Shown: positions 18,603 to 29,496, numbered from the stretch's first letter. The stretch: DNA of 64,000 nt from an uncultured Chloroflexia bacterium (GCA_963766735.1 CAVYBU010000008.1:256001-320000), one strand, 5' to 3'. The notes: a model not told the origin generated them from the letters alone. Numbers and translations: made by a program.

Positions 18603-19277
18603 GTGACCGCCATCGCCAGCTCCCTCGTCCTGCCCGGCGCCTTCCGCGCCGTTGTCTTTGACATGGACGGGCTCCTGCTCGATACGGAGCCTCTCTGGGC
18701 GCAGGCAGAGGCCGATCTGCTCGAGCGCCACGGCGATCGCCTCACTGCTGCGGACCGCGAGGCGACGCACGGCCGGGGTATCGCAGAGTCGGTGCAGATC
18801 TACGCGCAACGGCTGGGTGGCCTGGATCCCGCGCTGCTGGCGGAGGAGCTGGTGGCCCTCATGCGCGCTCAGTACGAAACCGGGCCCGGGATGCTTCCCG
18901 GAGCAGAGGCGTTGGTCCGGGCCCTGGAGGGCCGGGTGCGGCTGGGCGTGGCGTCGAGCACGGCCGGACCTCTCGTCCGCCTGGCCCTGGAGCGGACGGG
19001 CCTGCTCGACGCGTTCGAGGTCGTCACGTCCGGGGCGGACCTGGGGCGGTCGAAGCCGTTTCCGGACGCCTACCTCGAGGCATGCCGCCTGCTGGACGTC
19101 CCGCCGTCGGATGCGATCGCCTTCGAGGATTCTGCGGTTGGGGTCCGGGCGGCCGTTGCGGCGGGCATGGTCGCCGTCGGGGTTCCGGACCGACCAGGCG
19201 TGGAGCCCGCGTTGTGGGCGGCCGGGGCGCACCACGTGGTTGCGTCGCTGGCGGACGTGGTGGTGTCGCCCGTCTGA
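18603..19277 (+). CDS. HAD-superfamily phosphatase (beta-PGM/YniC-like)
   Basis: VFDMDGLLLDTE motif I, SKPFPD, FEDSAVG; TACAAT 8 nt before GTG. Confidence 0.9.
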   Translation: MTAIASSLVLPGAFRAVVFDMDGLLLDTEPLWAQAEADLLERHGDRLTAADREATHGRGIAESVQIYAQRLGGLDPALLAEELVALMRAQYETGPGMLPGAEALVRALEGRVRLGVASSTAGPLVRLALERTGLLDAFEVVTSGADLGRSKPFPDAYLEACRLLDVPPSDAIAFEDSAVGVRAAVAAGMVAVGVPDRPGVEPALWAAGAHHVVASLADVVVSPV

Positions 19278-19373
19278 GGCAGGGAGGCTGGATGCCGCCC
19301 AGCCGGTCTCCACTCGCCGATCGGCTTGCCACTTCGCTCATCGACAATGAGCCCGCTGGCGCCTCTTTCCGTC

Positions 19374-19402
19374 TGGTCAATATCGAACGGATGTTCTAGG
19401 AT
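19374..19402 (+). promoter_or_regulatory. second LexA box within dnaE2 promoter
   Basis: TCGAAC-GGAT-GTTCTA (19383-19398) between TGGTCA and TAGGAT (17-nt spacer). Confidence 0.8.
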
Positions 19403-19427
19403 TCCGGACCCGCCCCCGGAGATCCCC

Positions 19428-22400
19428 GTGCCCCTCCCCCCGTACGCAGAGCTTCACTGTCACAGCCACTTCTCGTTCCTGGACGGGGCGTCCGCCCCCG
19501 ACGACCTGGTCGCACGGGCCGTGGAGCTGGGGCTGACGGGGCTCGCGGTCACCGATCACCAGGGGCTGTACGGTGCGGTCCGGTTCGCGAGCGCCGCGGA
19601 GGCGGCCGGGCTGCACGCGGTGATCGGGATCGAGATCGAGCTGCTCGATGCGGCGGTGGCGGACCCGGACGGGATCGCGGTTCCGGGCCGCCGGGCGTGG
19701 CGCCCGGGCCGCCGGTCGCCGGTCCGCCCCGAGGCCCCGCGTGCCGTGGAGGGTCGCCCGGCGCGGCCCCGTCCGGATCGGGCCAGGCTGCCCGGCCATC
19801 GGCAGGTGGTCAAGGAGGATCACCGGGGGATCGGGGAGGCGGAGCGAGGGCCGCACCTGGTGCTGCTGGCCCGGAATGCGATCGGCTGGCGGAGCCTGTG
19901 CCGCCTGGTGTCGCGGGCGAACCTGGCGGGGACGAAGGCGGTGCCGGCGTTCACGCACGCGCTGCTGGAGACGCACGCGGAGGGGTTGGTTGCGCTGTCG
20001 GGTTGCCGGCACGGGGAGCTGGCGCGGCGCCTGCGGGCGGGCGATCGCGAGGGGGCTCGTGCGGCGGCGGAGCGGTACGCGCGGATGTTGGGGAGCTCGG
20101 ATGCCGTCGCGACAAGCGGGTTCGCCCTGGAGCTCTCGCACCACCTGCTCCCGGACGACGACTGGCTGGCCTCGGAGACGGCGCGCCTGGCCTGTGAGCT
20201 GGGGTTGCCCGTGGTGGTGGCCAACGACGTCCACTACGCGCTCCCGGAGGATCGCGAGCTCCAGGACGTGCTGGTGGCGATCCGGCACGGGCGGACGCTG
20301 TCGGAGCTGCGGGACCTGCGCCGGCCGGACGGCGAGTCGTACCTCAAGGGAGCGGCGGAGCTGCTGGCGATGCCGCCGGGGGATGACGCCGTGGTCACGG
20401 CCGATCCGGTGCTGGCGCGGGCGTGGCGGGAGGGGATCGCGGCGTCGGTGGAGCTTGCTGCGGCGTGCCGGGTAGAGCTCGCGTTCGAGCGCTACCGCTT
20501 CCCGGGGTTCGCGGTGCCGAAGGGCGAGACACCGTTCAGCCACCTCTCCGGCCTGTGCTGGGAGGGTGCCCGACGCCGGTACCACCCGTTCACGCCGGCC
20601 GTGATGCGGCAGCTGGCCCACGAGCTGGACGTCATCGAGAAGACGGGCCTCGCCGAGTTCTTCCTCATCTGCTGGGACCTGATGCAGTTCGCCAAGTTGC
20701 GCGGGATACCGGCGCAGGGCCGCGGGAGCGCGGCGGGCTCGATCGTGGCGTACGTCCTGGGGATCGCCCGGGTGGACCCGATTCGCCACGAGCTGCTGTT
20801 CGAGCGGTTCATCAACGAGGGCAGGACGGCGTACCCGGACGTGGACATCGACTTCAGCTCCGAGCGGCGGGAGGAGGTCATCCAGTACGTGTACGGGAAG
20901 TACGGGCCCGAGCACACGGGGATGGTCTGCAACCTCGTCACGTACCGGGCGCGATCGGCGGTACGCGAGGTGGGGAACGCGCTCGGGTTCCCACGCCCGC
21001 TGGTGGACCGGGTGGCGAAGGCGCTCGAGACGCACGACAGCGTGATGGTCCGGCGGGACCTGGAGGCGGAGGGCGGGTTCGCGCAGTTCTTCGCGCGACC
21101 GGGGGAGGGGTCCGGCGCCGTGCGGGCCGCCGCCCCGGTTCCGTCAGCCCCAGTTCGGGCCGCCGCCCCGGTTCCGTCAGCCACCAGCCCGGCTGGTGGT
21201 AGCGCCGCCAGGGACGTGGCGCCCTGTCAGTCACCAACCACGCTGGTGGTAGGCGGGGAAACGGACGGCGAGCGACGCCTGGACGGCACGGAACGTATCG
21301 CTCCGAGCGTGAGCGGGGTCGCGCGAACGACTGGACGCGTCACCAGTGCCGGCACGACCAGGACGACCACCAGCCACGTTGGTAGGTGGCAGGACTCCGT
21401 GATGGAACCTGGACCGGGCGTTCGCCTGGGTGCGGTGGAGGGTGCGGCGGCGGTTGCGACGACGGCCGCGACGACGGTGGCGGGCGCGGTGGCGGGCGTG
21501 GTGGCGGGCGTGGTGGAGGGTGCGACGACGGCCGCGGCGAGGATCCGCCCCGGCGAGGACGAGGGCGGCCCCGGCGACTCCCCGGTGAGCGAGCGCTGGA
21601 TCAGGGAGGGGCCGCCGGGCCGCGCCCTGGAGATTGCCGCCCGCCTGGATCCCGAGAGCGGCGTCCTCCAGTCCGAGGCCCGCCGCCACGATCCGGCCCC
21701 GACCGATGCCCGCCACGAGCCGCAACCACCCAGGGACCCCGGCCGCCACACGGGCTCCGTGGTGGCACTCTCGGACTGGGAACGCTGGCTGGAGCTGTGC
21801 GCCCGCGTCGACGGCTTCCCCCGCCACCTGTCCATCCACAGCGGCGGCATGCTGATCACGGCAGCCCCCCTCATCGACATTGCTCCCATCGAACGAGCGA
21901 CGATGAAGGATCGCGTCGTCGTCCAGTACGACAAGCGTGACGTCGAGACGATGAAGCTGATCAAGCTCGACCTGCTCGGCCTCGGGATGCTCGCGGCCAT
22001 CGACGAGACCGTGCAACTGATCGAGCACGACTGCGCCGTCTGCCTGGACCTGGACCGGATCCCAGAGGAGATCCCGGAGGTCTTCGCCATGCTCCAGGCC
22101 GCGGACACCGTGGGCGTGTTCCAGGTGGAGAGCCGGGCGCAGATGCAGACGCTGCCGAAATCGCGTCCGGCCAGCCTGGACGACCTGGTCGTGGAGGTGG
22201 CGATCATCCGCCCAGGCCCCATCCAGGGCAACGCCGTTCACCCGTACCTGCGCCGCAAGCAGGGCCTGGAGCCGGTGACGTACCTCCACCCCAGCCTGGA
22301 GCCGATCCTTCATGACAGCCTCGGCGTGATCCTGTACCAGGAGCAGGTGATGAAGATCGCGATCGATGTCGCGGGGTTCACGCCGGCGGGTTCTGACGGG

Positions 22401-23753
22401 TTCCGGCGGGCGATGGGGACGTACCGATCCGCCCGCGAGATGGAGCAGCTCCACGCGGAGTTCGTGGACGGCTGCATCCGCGTGCAGTCGATGCCGCGTG
22501 ACGACGCCGAGGAGCTGTTCCGCAAGTGCGCCGCCTTCGCCAGCTTCGGCTTCGCCAAGAGCCACGCCGCCGCCTTCGCCCGCACCGCCTATGAATTGAG
22601 CTTCCTCAAGCTGTTCTACCCGGCGCAGTTCCTGGTCGGGCTGATCAACGCCCAGCCGATGGGGTTCTACCCGGTGGAGGTGCTGGTCAACGACGCCAAG
22701 CGCCACGGGGTCGCGGTGCTGCCGGTGGACGTCAACCGGAGCTCGCACCGCACGACGACCGAGTGGGTGGGTCGGCCCGGCTGGGTGCTGGCGGGGGCTG
22801 CCGGGGACGATGGCACGCACGATGCCGATGCCGGCGAGCCGCTGCCGGAGGGCGCGGGGATCGAGGCGAGGCCGGGGCCGGTCCGCTCCAGCGCCTGTGT
22901 GATCCCTCGTGCGGCGGCGCGCGAGCGCTGGGCGGCTGAGACGATGACCGGCTGGGGCGTGCGGCTGGGGCTGCACCTGGTGAAGGGAATCGGCGAGGAG
23001 CAGCAGGCTCGGCTGGACGCGGAGCTCGCCCGGGGTCCGTACACGAGCCTGGCGGACGTGGTGGAGCGGACCGGCCTGGCCGAGGAGGTCGTGGAGCGGC
23101 TGATCCGGGCGGGGGCGCTGGATTCGCTGGGCCGGCCCCGGCGGGAGCTGCTCTGGCAGCTGCGCGAGGTGGCGGGGGCGGCGAAGGGGCGCGTGGACGG
23201 GCGATCCATGCGGGGGGCCGCGGAGTCGAAGCGGGCCGCCGGGCGGCCGATGGACCTGCGCCTGCCGGCGACCGAGGCCCCCGCGCTGCCGCCGATCACG
23301 GAGCCGGAGCGCCTGGGCGACGCCTACGCAGTGGTGGGCCTGGATGCGCGACGACAGGCGGTGGGCCTGTTCCGGGAGGCGCTGGATCGGCTTGGCGCGG
23401 TGACGAACGCGGCCTTGGCGGACCGCGGCCCGGGGCCGGTGCTGATCGGCGGGCTGGTGGTGACGCGCCAGCACCCGATGACCGCGCGGGGAACGGTATT
23501 CCTGGCGCTGGAGGATGAGACGGGGATGGTGAACGTCACCCTCTGGCCGGACACGTGGCAGCGGCTGCGGTCCGTGGTCCGCCGCCACGCGCTGATCCTG
23601 GTGGACGGCGACCTCCAGCGGGAGGGGAACGTGGTCAACGTCATCGCACGCGGGGTGGTGCCGCTGGTGGAGGCGGCAGGAGGCGCAGGTGGCCCCGAGT
23701 CACCATCGGGCGTCAGGCAGCTGGGCCAGGCCGGGATGCGGCGCCTCGGGTAG
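19428..23753 (+). CDS. dnaE2: error-prone DNA polymerase III alpha (DnaE2/ImuC) with large insertions
   Basis: PHP ELHCHSHFSFLDGAS, GRGSAAGS, PDVDID, GVFQVESRAQM, FGFAKSHA, NAQPMGFY, OB-fold ALEDETG; SOS box upstream. Confidence 0.93.
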   Translation: MPLPPYAELHCHSHFSFLDGASAPDDLVARAVELGLTGLAVTDHQGLYGAVRFASAAEAAGLHAVIGIEIELLDAAVADPDGIAVPGRRAWRPGRRSPVRPEAPRAVEGRPARPRPDRARLPGHRQVVKEDHRGIGEAERGPHLVLLARNAIGWRSLCRLVSRANLAGTKAVPAFTHALLETHAEGLVALSGCRHGELARRLRAGDREGARAAAERYARMLGSSDAVATSGFALELSHHLLPDDDWLASETARLACELGLPVVVANDVHYALPEDRELQDVLVAIRHGRTLSELRDLRRPDGESYLKGAAELLAMPPGDDAVVTADPVLARAWREGIAASVELAAACRVELAFERYRFPGFAVPKGETPFSHLSGLCWEGARRRYHPFTPAVMRQLAHELDVIEKTGLAEFFLICWDLMQFAKLRGIPAQGRGSAAGSIVAYVLGIARVDPIRHELLFERFINEGRTAYPDVDIDFSSERREEVIQYVYGKYGPEHTGMVCNLVTYRARSAVREVGNALGFPRPLVDRVAKALETHDSVMVRRDLEAEGGFAQFFARPGEGSGAVRAAAPVPSAPVRAAAPVPSATSPAGGSAARDVAPCQSPTTLVVGGETDGERRLDGTERIAPSVSGVARTTGRVTSAGTTRTTTSHVGRWQDSVMEPGPGVRLGAVEGAAAVATTAATTVAGAVAGVVAGVVEGATTAAARIRPGEDEGGPGDSPVSERWIREGPPGRALEIAARLDPESGVLQSEARRHDPAPTDARHEPQPPRDPGRHTGSVVALSDWERWLELCARVDGFPRHLSIHSGGMLITAAPLIDIAPIERATMKDRVVVQYDKRDVETMKLIKLDLLGLGMLAAIDETVQLIEHDCAVCLDLDRIPEEIPEVFAMLQAADTVGVFQVESRAQMQTLPKSRPASLDDLVVEVAIIRPGPIQGNAVHPYLRRKQGLEPVTYLHPSLEPILHDSLGVILYQEQVMKIAIDVAGFTPAGSDGFRRAMGTYRSAREMEQLHAEFVDGCIRVQSMPRDDAEELFRKCAAFASFGFAKSHAAAFARTAYELSFLKLFYPAQFLVGLINAQPMGFYPVEVLVNDAKRHGVAVLPVDVNRSSHRTTTEWVGRPGWVLAGAAGDDGTHDADAGEPLPEGAGIEARPGPVRSSACVIPRAAARERWAAETMTGWGVRLGLHLVKGIGEEQQARLDAELARGPYTSLADVVERTGLAEEVVERLIRAGALDSLGRPRRELLWQLREVAGAAKGRVDGRSMRGAAESKRAAGRPMDLRLPATEAPALPPITEPERLGDAYAVVGLDARRQAVGLFREALDRLGAVTNAALADRGPGPVLIGGLVVTRQHPMTARGTVFLALEDETGMVNVTLWPDTWQRLRSVVRRHALILVDGDLQREGNVVNVIARGVVPLVEAAGGAGGPESPSGVRQLGQAGMRRLG
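21123..21182 (+). repeat. 27-bp direct repeat, 33-bp period (RAAAPVPSA x2) inside dnaE2 insertion
   Basis: CGGGCCGCCGCCCCGGTTCCGTCAGCC at 21123 and 21156. Confidence 0.85.
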
Positions 23754-23839
23754 GGATCCTGGGCGTGCTCAGGGCCGCGCTCGGGCGCGTTCTTCCGCGT
23801 TCGGACGCGGTCAATCGCGCCGGCCGACGGCGCGGAGGA

Positions 23840-24583
23840 TCAGCGGCGCGCGGACGAGCTGGCGGTCTTCTGGCGCGGCTTCGCCTTGCCCTGCTGCTGG
23901 CGCGCCTTGTTGCGGTTCGGGTTGGCCAGGTCCAGGAACCGGCGGTACCAGGCGGCCGCCGAGGCGAACAGGGCGGCGCCCACCGGGGAGAGCATCGCGG
24001 CGGAGGCGATCGCCGTGCCGGCCGGCTCGCCTGCCGTGAGCAGCTTGCCCGACGGGCTCGACAGCACCACGGCGTAGCAGGCGGCAGCGATGATCCCGAA
24101 CACGAGCCCACCCAGCCAGCTCGCGCGCTTGGCCGTGAAGCCGATCAGGAACGCGCCGGCCATGGGCGGCGGCACGATGAGCATCGAGATGACGGTGTAC
24201 GAGATGCTCGAGACGGTGTCGAGGCTCTTGCCGGCCAGCGGCTCCGGATCGCTGAAGTTGATCGATGACGCGAACTCGTTGGTCGAGATGATGAACACCG
24301 CGGAAGCGGCGACGGTGATCGCGATGGCGGCCAGCACGCCCCAGTGCGTCAGGACCTTGGGGGCTGCCAGGAGGTCGCCACGCAGGTCGAGCGGGCGATA
24401 GGCAGCCTTGAACGACGCCACGATCCCGGGCCGCGCCTGCGTGGACGTCTGCGATGCGGCCCCCTTGCCCTTGGCCGGAGCAGTCTCGGCATCCGCAACG
24501 GCTGCGGGTTCGGCCAGCGCGGCCTGCTCGGCCCGGTGTCGGCGACGGGCAGCGGTGCGATCGGTGCGCTTGGCGCGAGCCAC
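23840..24583 (-). CDS. hypothetical membrane protein (about 4 TM, basic termini)
   Basis: GTG with AGGAGG SD; hydrophobic segments; Lys/Arg-rich ends. Confidence 0.7.
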   Translation of the reverse strand: MARAKRTDRTAARRRHRAEQAALAEPAAVADAETAPAKGKGAASQTSTQARPGIVASFKAAYRPLDLRGDLLAAPKVLTHWGVLAAIAITVAASAVFIISTNEFASSINFSDPEPLAGKSLDTVSSISYTVISMLIVPPPMAGAFLIGFTAKRASWLGGLVFGIIAAACYAVVLSSPSGKLLTAGEPAGTAIASAAMLSPVGAALFASAAAWYRRFLDLANPNRNKARQQQGKAKPRQKTASSSARR

Positions 24584-24744
24584 AAACTCCTCCTGTCGAG
24601 CGGTGCCGCAGCGCGTTGTCGGCAGATGCGGGCCGGTGCATCGTACCGGGTCCCAGCATCCCGGGCTAAGCGACGCGTAAGTGAGGCCCCGTAGGCTGCT
24701 GTCCCTGCTCACCCTGCCGATCACGCCCGCCGCGGAGGTCCTCG

Positions 24745-27700
24745 ATGGCGCGTGTCCGGTTCGCGGCGTCTGCCGCACTCACCCTGTTCATGGTGCTCGG
24801 GCTGAGCGCCCGTGGGCCGTCGCTTGCTGCAGCCTTGCCGGAGGCTGCTCCTGTGGCTGCCGCCAGCTGGCCCGCATCCTCCACGCTGGTCATCGCGGAG
24901 GTCGTGACCGGCGGCGTGTCGGCCTCTGACGAGTTCGTGGAGCTGTACAACGCGTCGACATCGTCCGTCGACCTGGTCGGGCTGGAGGTGGCGTACGTCA
25001 CGAGCTCCGGGGCCACGGCCACGCGGAAGGTGGCGTGGACGGGTTCGGTCACGGTGGAGGCCGGCCGGCACGTGTTGCTGGCAAACGCGCTCGGGGTGCA
25101 CGCCGGTACGGCGGACGCGACCTGGTCCGGCGGGCTCGCCGCGACTGGTGGAACGCTCGTGTTGCGGCCGATCGGGGGCGAGCCGCTCGACGCAGTCGGT
25201 TGGGGTGACGCGGCGAACGTGTTCGTCGAGGGGACGGCGGCAGCGGCGCCCGCAGCGGGCATGTCGATCGAGCGATTGCCCGGCGGCACGCTCGGCAACG
25301 GCACGGACACGAACCACAATGCGGCGGATCTCGTGGTGAACGCGGCGCCGGTCCGCCAGGGTCTCACGGCGGATCCGACCCCCGCACCGACACCGGTCCC
25401 GACCCCCACGCCGACACCGGTCCCGACCCCCACGCCGGTCCCGACGCCGGCCCCCACGCCGACCCCCGCACCGACGCCGGCCCCGACCCCCACGCCGACG
25501 CCGACCCCCACGCCGACCCCCGCACCGACGCCGGCCCCGACCCCCACGCCCACGCCGACCCCCACGCCGACCCCCGCACCGACGCCGGCCCCGACCCCCA
25601 CGCCCACGCCGACCCCCACGCCGACGCCGGATCCACTGTTGCCCATCGAGGCGCTTCGGGCCCTGCCCAACGGGACCATCGTGTCTACCGAGGGGGTGCT
25701 CACCACGGATCTCGGCGCCCTCGAGGGCGGGCTGACCGGGTTTGTTCAGGACGCGACGGCGGGGGTAGCGGTCCACCTGGACGTGCCGCTCGTGCCGACG
25801 CTCCCCGCCGGGACGGTCGTCAGGCTCCATGGGACCCTCGACGAGCGGTACGCGCTGCGCGTCCTGCGCGTTGCCGCGGCCGACGTGGTCGCGACGGGGT
25901 CCGGCTCGCTCCCGGAAGCGGTGCCCGCCACGACCGGCCAGGCGGCCGAGCCGCTGGAGGGTCGACGGATCGTGCTTGCCGGCGCGGTGACCGAGACGCC
26001 GACCGCGATGGCCGATGGGCTGGGGCTGATGCTCGACGACGGAAGCGGGCCGATCCGGGTGATCGTCGGTCCGGTGGCTCTGGGCACCGCCGCCCCTCGC
26101 ACAGGGGACCGGGTCACTGCCACCGGCCCGCTCGGTCAGCGCGACAGCAGCGGGACGGGGCTCACCGGGTACCGGCTCCAGGCGTCGCTGGCTGACGAGC
26201 TGACGGTGCTCCCGCCTCCGACGCCTTCGCCCAGCCCTTCGCCCACCCCGTCGCCGGATCCCACGCCCACACCGTCAGCCACCCCGTCGCCGTCGGCCGA
26301 ACCCTCCGCAACCGCCACCCCATCCGCGTCGCCGTCACCGAGCGTCGGCCCCACGCACTCACCGACGCCATCCCCGAACCCCACGGTCGTGACGGTCGCC
26401 GCGGCCCGCCTCGTCGCACCGGGAAGTACTGTCGTCACCCGCGGCGTGGTGGTCGCGGAGGCCGGGCGCCTTGGGACACCCCCGCTGTTCGCCATCGATG
26501 ACACGACGGGCGGCATCGTGATCCACCTTGCCGATGGCCAGGCGGTTCCGCCGCGCGGAACCCTGGTCGAGGTCCGGGGCGCCATCGCCGTGCCGTTCGG
26601 CCAGACGGAGATCCGTCCCACCCCCACCGGGCTGTCGATCCTCGGCACAGGCGTGCTGCCCGTCCCCATGGCCCTCGAAGCCGGGGCCGCGGGCGAGACC
26701 GTCGAGGGCAGGCTCGTGATCGTGACAGGCACGATCACCACCTCGGCATCCAGGGCCACCAGCGGCGACCTGTCGCTCACGATCACCGGGGAGGACGGGG
26801 CCACCCTCCGCGTCATGGCCGATCGCGCAGCCGGACTCGACGCGGCTGTCCTGCGCAAGGGCGCCATCGGAACCTTCACCGGCATCGTCGGTCAGCGGGC
26901 GTCCCGCAAGGGAGCGCTCGACGGCTACCGCGTCTGGCTCCGGGACCGCGCGGATGTTGTGCTGGTCCCCGCCGGCAGCGCATCCCCGGCCACATCCCCG
27001 CCCGCCGGCTCCTCTGCCGGCGCCTCGGCTGCCGCGCCCCTGGTCACGATCGCCGCTGCCCGCGTCCGCGAGGGGCGGGAGGTGACCGTCGAGGGAATCC
27101 TGACCGTGGACACCACGCTGCTCGATGCGAGCGCACGACGCACGATCGTGGAGGACTCGACGGGCGCGATCGAGGTGTATCTCTCGGGACCGGATGCGGC
27201 CGTCAAGGCGGGTCGTCGTGTCCGGGTCACAGGGACCGTCGGCCGGGCGTGGGGTGCGCCGCGCCTGCGCGCGGACGATGTTCGGGTGCTCGGCGAGCGG
27301 GCGCCCACCGCGCATTCGCTGGCCATCGCGCCCGGCGCTGCAACGGAGTGGCGCCTGGTCCGCGTGCGCGGCACGATCGTGGACGTCCACCGGTCCGGGG
27401 ACCGCTGGCAGGCGGAGCTGCAGATTGGCCGCACCCGGATCCTGGTGGCCGGGCTTCCGGGCAGCGGCATCGCGGTGGCCGCGGTCACCAAGGGACGAAC
27501 GGCGACCGTCACGGGCATCGTGAAGCGACCGTACCCGACGGCGACCGACCGACGGTATGCCGTCCTCCCCAGGCGGCCCTCGGACCTCGTGCTCGGTGCG
27601 GAGGCCGCCGCGTCACCCGGCTCTGCGGCGGTCGGCGTCACGGGGCAAGGGCGCGGCGGGAAGGCCGAGATCCCGCTCGCGGACGGGGCGCCGGCGCACG

Positions 27701-28290
27701 CCCCGGACGTGGACCTCGCAGATCTTGCGGCACACGCGGGCCGGGAGGTTCACGTGGGCGGGCTCGTGACCGCGGTCGAGGAAGCGGGTATCCGCCTGGA
27801 CGATGGGACGGCGAATGCCCGCATCGTGCTGGCGGCCGCGGCAGCGGATCTGCTCCCGGTCCTGCGTCCCGGCGACGCGGTCAACGCCACGGGAGTGGTC
27901 GAGATCGGCGACGCGGCCCGGAACGAGACCGTGGTGGTCGTCTCGGATCCGTCATCCGTCGCGCTTCTGGGCGATCTGGGCTCAGCCGACGATCCGGGCG
28001 CCGCCGCCGGCGACGCCGTCCTCGAGGCGGGGACGAGCCTCGCGACCCAGCCCGACGGTGCCGCCGCAGCGGACTCGGTCGTCTCGGACACTGAACGCAG
28101 CACGGTTCTCGGCGCGGCCTCGGCGGTCATGGTCACGCTGGGCATCACCGGGCTCATCGCCGGGGTGGCAGCACTCGTCCGCCGCCGCCGTTCGAAGCGC
28201 CTGCTCCGGTCCCGGATCGTCGCCCGGCTGGACGCCATCGTCGGCCCCGGCACCCACCCTGCCAGTCCTGTTCGGGACGCCCTGGCGTGA
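24745..28290 (+). CDS. cell-surface protein: signal peptide, lamin-tail domain, Pro/Thr linkers, multiple OB-fold-like repeats, C-terminal TM anchor
   Basis: LVIAEVVTG...DEFVELYN (LTD); repeated VEGVLT...VQDATAG / IDDTTGG / VEDSTGA / LDDGT modules; TM followed by RRRRSKR. Confidence 0.8.
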   Translation: MARVRFAASAALTLFMVLGLSARGPSLAAALPEAAPVAAASWPASSTLVIAEVVTGGVSASDEFVELYNASTSSVDLVGLEVAYVTSSGATATRKVAWTGSVTVEAGRHVLLANALGVHAGTADATWSGGLAATGGTLVLRPIGGEPLDAVGWGDAANVFVEGTAAAAPAAGMSIERLPGGTLGNGTDTNHNAADLVVNAAPVRQGLTADPTPAPTPVPTPTPTPVPTPTPVPTPAPTPTPAPTPAPTPTPTPTPTPTPAPTPAPTPTPTPTPTPTPAPTPAPTPTPTPTPTPTPDPLLPIEALRALPNGTIVSTEGVLTTDLGALEGGLTGFVQDATAGVAVHLDVPLVPTLPAGTVVRLHGTLDERYALRVLRVAAADVVATGSGSLPEAVPATTGQAAEPLEGRRIVLAGAVTETPTAMADGLGLMLDDGSGPIRVIVGPVALGTAAPRTGDRVTATGPLGQRDSSGTGLTGYRLQASLADELTVLPPPTPSPSPSPTPSPDPTPTPSATPSPSAEPSATATPSASPSPSVGPTHSPTPSPNPTVVTVAAARLVAPGSTVVTRGVVVAEAGRLGTPPLFAIDDTTGGIVIHLADGQAVPPRGTLVEVRGAIAVPFGQTEIRPTPTGLSILGTGVLPVPMALEAGAAGETVEGRLVIVTGTITTSASRATSGDLSLTITGEDGATLRVMADRAAGLDAAVLRKGAIGTFTGIVGQRASRKGALDGYRVWLRDRADVVLVPAGSASPATSPPAGSSAGASAAAPLVTIAAARVREGREVTVEGILTVDTTLLDASARRTIVEDSTGAIEVYLSGPDAAVKAGRRVRVTGTVGRAWGAPRLRADDVRVLGERAPTAHSLAIAPGAATEWRLVRVRGTIVDVHRSGDRWQAELQIGRTRILVAGLPGSGIAVAAVTKGRTATVTGIVKRPYPTATDRRYAVLPRRPSDLVLGAEAAASPGSAAVGVTGQGRGGKAEIPLADGAPAHAPDVDLADLAAHAGREVHVGGLVTAVEEAGIRLDDGTANARIVLAAAAADLLPVLRPGDAVNATGVVEIGDAARNETVVVVSDPSSVALLGDLGSADDPGAAAGDAVLEAGTSLATQPDGAAAADSVVSDTERSTVLGAASAVMVTLGITGLIAGVAALVRRRRSKRLLRSRIVARLDAIVGPGTHPASPVRDALA
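25375..25630 (+). repeat. coding tandem repeat (PT/PA)n
   Basis: about 40 Pro-X dipeptides, with near-identical 60-bp higher-order units. Confidence 0.9.
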
Positions 28291-28331
28291 GCCCGGTGCG
28301 CCCCACACGGCTCCCTCGTGCGCAGGACGGC

Positions 28332-28361
28332 TTGACGCTCGTGGAATCAGGCGCCTATCCT
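28332..28361 (+). promoter_or_regulatory. sigma70-type promoter of udp
   Basis: TTGACG-18-TATCCT. Confidence 0.55.
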
Positions 28362-28380
28362 CGGGCGCAGCGCACGCCGG

Positions 28381-29256
28381 GTGAGCGTGAGGCATCGAGG
28401 GAGCGAGCTCTTGCAGAACGCGGATATCCGCGTCGCGACCCCCGCCGGCGAGCGGCAGTACCACATCGGACTCGGGCCGGGCGAGCTCGCCGACTACATC
28501 CTGCTTCCGGGCGACCAGGACCGGGTCGACAAGGTTGCCGCGCACTTCGACGAGGTCGAGATGCGCCACCGCAACCGGGAGTTCGCCTCGGCGACCGGCA
28601 CCTACAAGGGCCTCCGCGTCTCGTGCGTCTCAACGGGTATCGGCACCGACAACATTGAGATCGTGCTCGCCGAGATCCTCGCCCTGGTCCAGCGCCCGAC
28701 GTTCATCCGGATCGGCTCCTGCGGTGGCCTCCAGCCCAACATGGGCCTGGGTGACCTCGTGATCTCGACCGGGTCCGTCCGCATGGAGACCACGACCAAC
28801 TGGTTCGTCCACGACGGCTACCCGGCCGTTGCCGACTACGAGGCCGTGCTGTCGCTCGTCGAGGCGGCCGAGCGGGTGGGCCAGCCGTACCACCTCGGGA
28901 TCACGGCGACAGCGCCCGGCTTCTACGGTGCGCAGGGGCGCCCGATCCCCCACCTTCCCATCCGCTACCCTGACCTCGCGGAAGAGATGTCCCGCCAGGG
29001 CATCCTCAACTTCGAGATGGAGGCGTCGGCCGTCTTCGTGCTCGCGGGACTCGCTGGGTGTCGTTCCGGTGTCGTGTGCACCGTCTACTCCAGCCGCGTG
29101 ACCGGCGAGTTCGTGGAAGGGGACGTCAAGGATAGGGCGGAGGCCGCCGTGGTGGAGACGGGGCTCGAGAGCCTCCTGATCCTCGCGGCGCTCGACCGCC
29201 AGAAATCGATGGCCGGGGCGGCGCGCTGGCGCCCGTCGCTTTGGACCCCAGCATGA
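28381..29256 (+). CDS. udp: uridine phosphorylase family nucleoside phosphorylase (start may be TTG 28411)
   Basis: QYHIGL, LLPGDQDRV, STGIG, IRIGSCG, FYGAQGR, NFEME. Confidence 0.85.
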   Translation: MSVRHRGSELLQNADIRVATPAGERQYHIGLGPGELADYILLPGDQDRVDKVAAHFDEVEMRHRNREFASATGTYKGLRVSCVSTGIGTDNIEIVLAEILALVQRPTFIRIGSCGGLQPNMGLGDLVISTGSVRMETTTNWFVHDGYPAVADYEAVLSLVEAAERVGQPYHLGITATAPGFYGAQGRPIPHLPIRYPDLAEEMSRQGILNFEMEASAVFVLAGLAGCRSGVVCTVYSSRVTGEFVEGDVKDRAEAAVVETGLESLLILAALDRQKSMAGAARWRPSLWTPA

Positions 29257-29333
29257 GCGCCAGACCCTAGCGACCACGCGGACTCGAGAGGCGTGCTCTC
29301 GTGACGCGGATTGCGTGAGGAGGATCGAACCCC

Positions 29334-29474
29334 ATGGCAGAGGCCTACTGCGTCAAGGACAAGGTCAAGGTCGAGGTCCAGAACCCCGAGCAGATCACGA
29401 TGAAGAACGGCAAGCCCGCGCTCAAGGGCACCTGCCCGAAGTGCGGCGGCAAGGTCTTCCGGATCGGCGGCTGA
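29334..29474 (+). CDS. 46-aa DUF5679-like zinc-ribbon protein MAEAYCVKDK...GTCPKCGGKVFRIGG
   Basis: hand-translated; AGGAGG SD; YCVKD and CPKC motifs; missed by ORF track. Confidence 0.85.
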   Translation: MAEAYCVKDKVKVEVQNPEQITMKNGKPALKGTCPKCGGKVFRIGG

Positions 29475-29496
29475 CCTCGTAGCTTCAGAACCACAG

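Noticed and set aside
21100-21765. Intein in dnaE2
   Set aside because: No N-terminal Cys/Ser block, no His-Asn C-terminus, no homing endonuclease motifs; the sequence is low complexity
25375-25630. CRISPR array
   Set aside because: In-frame Pro/Thr coding repeats without unique spacers; no cas genes
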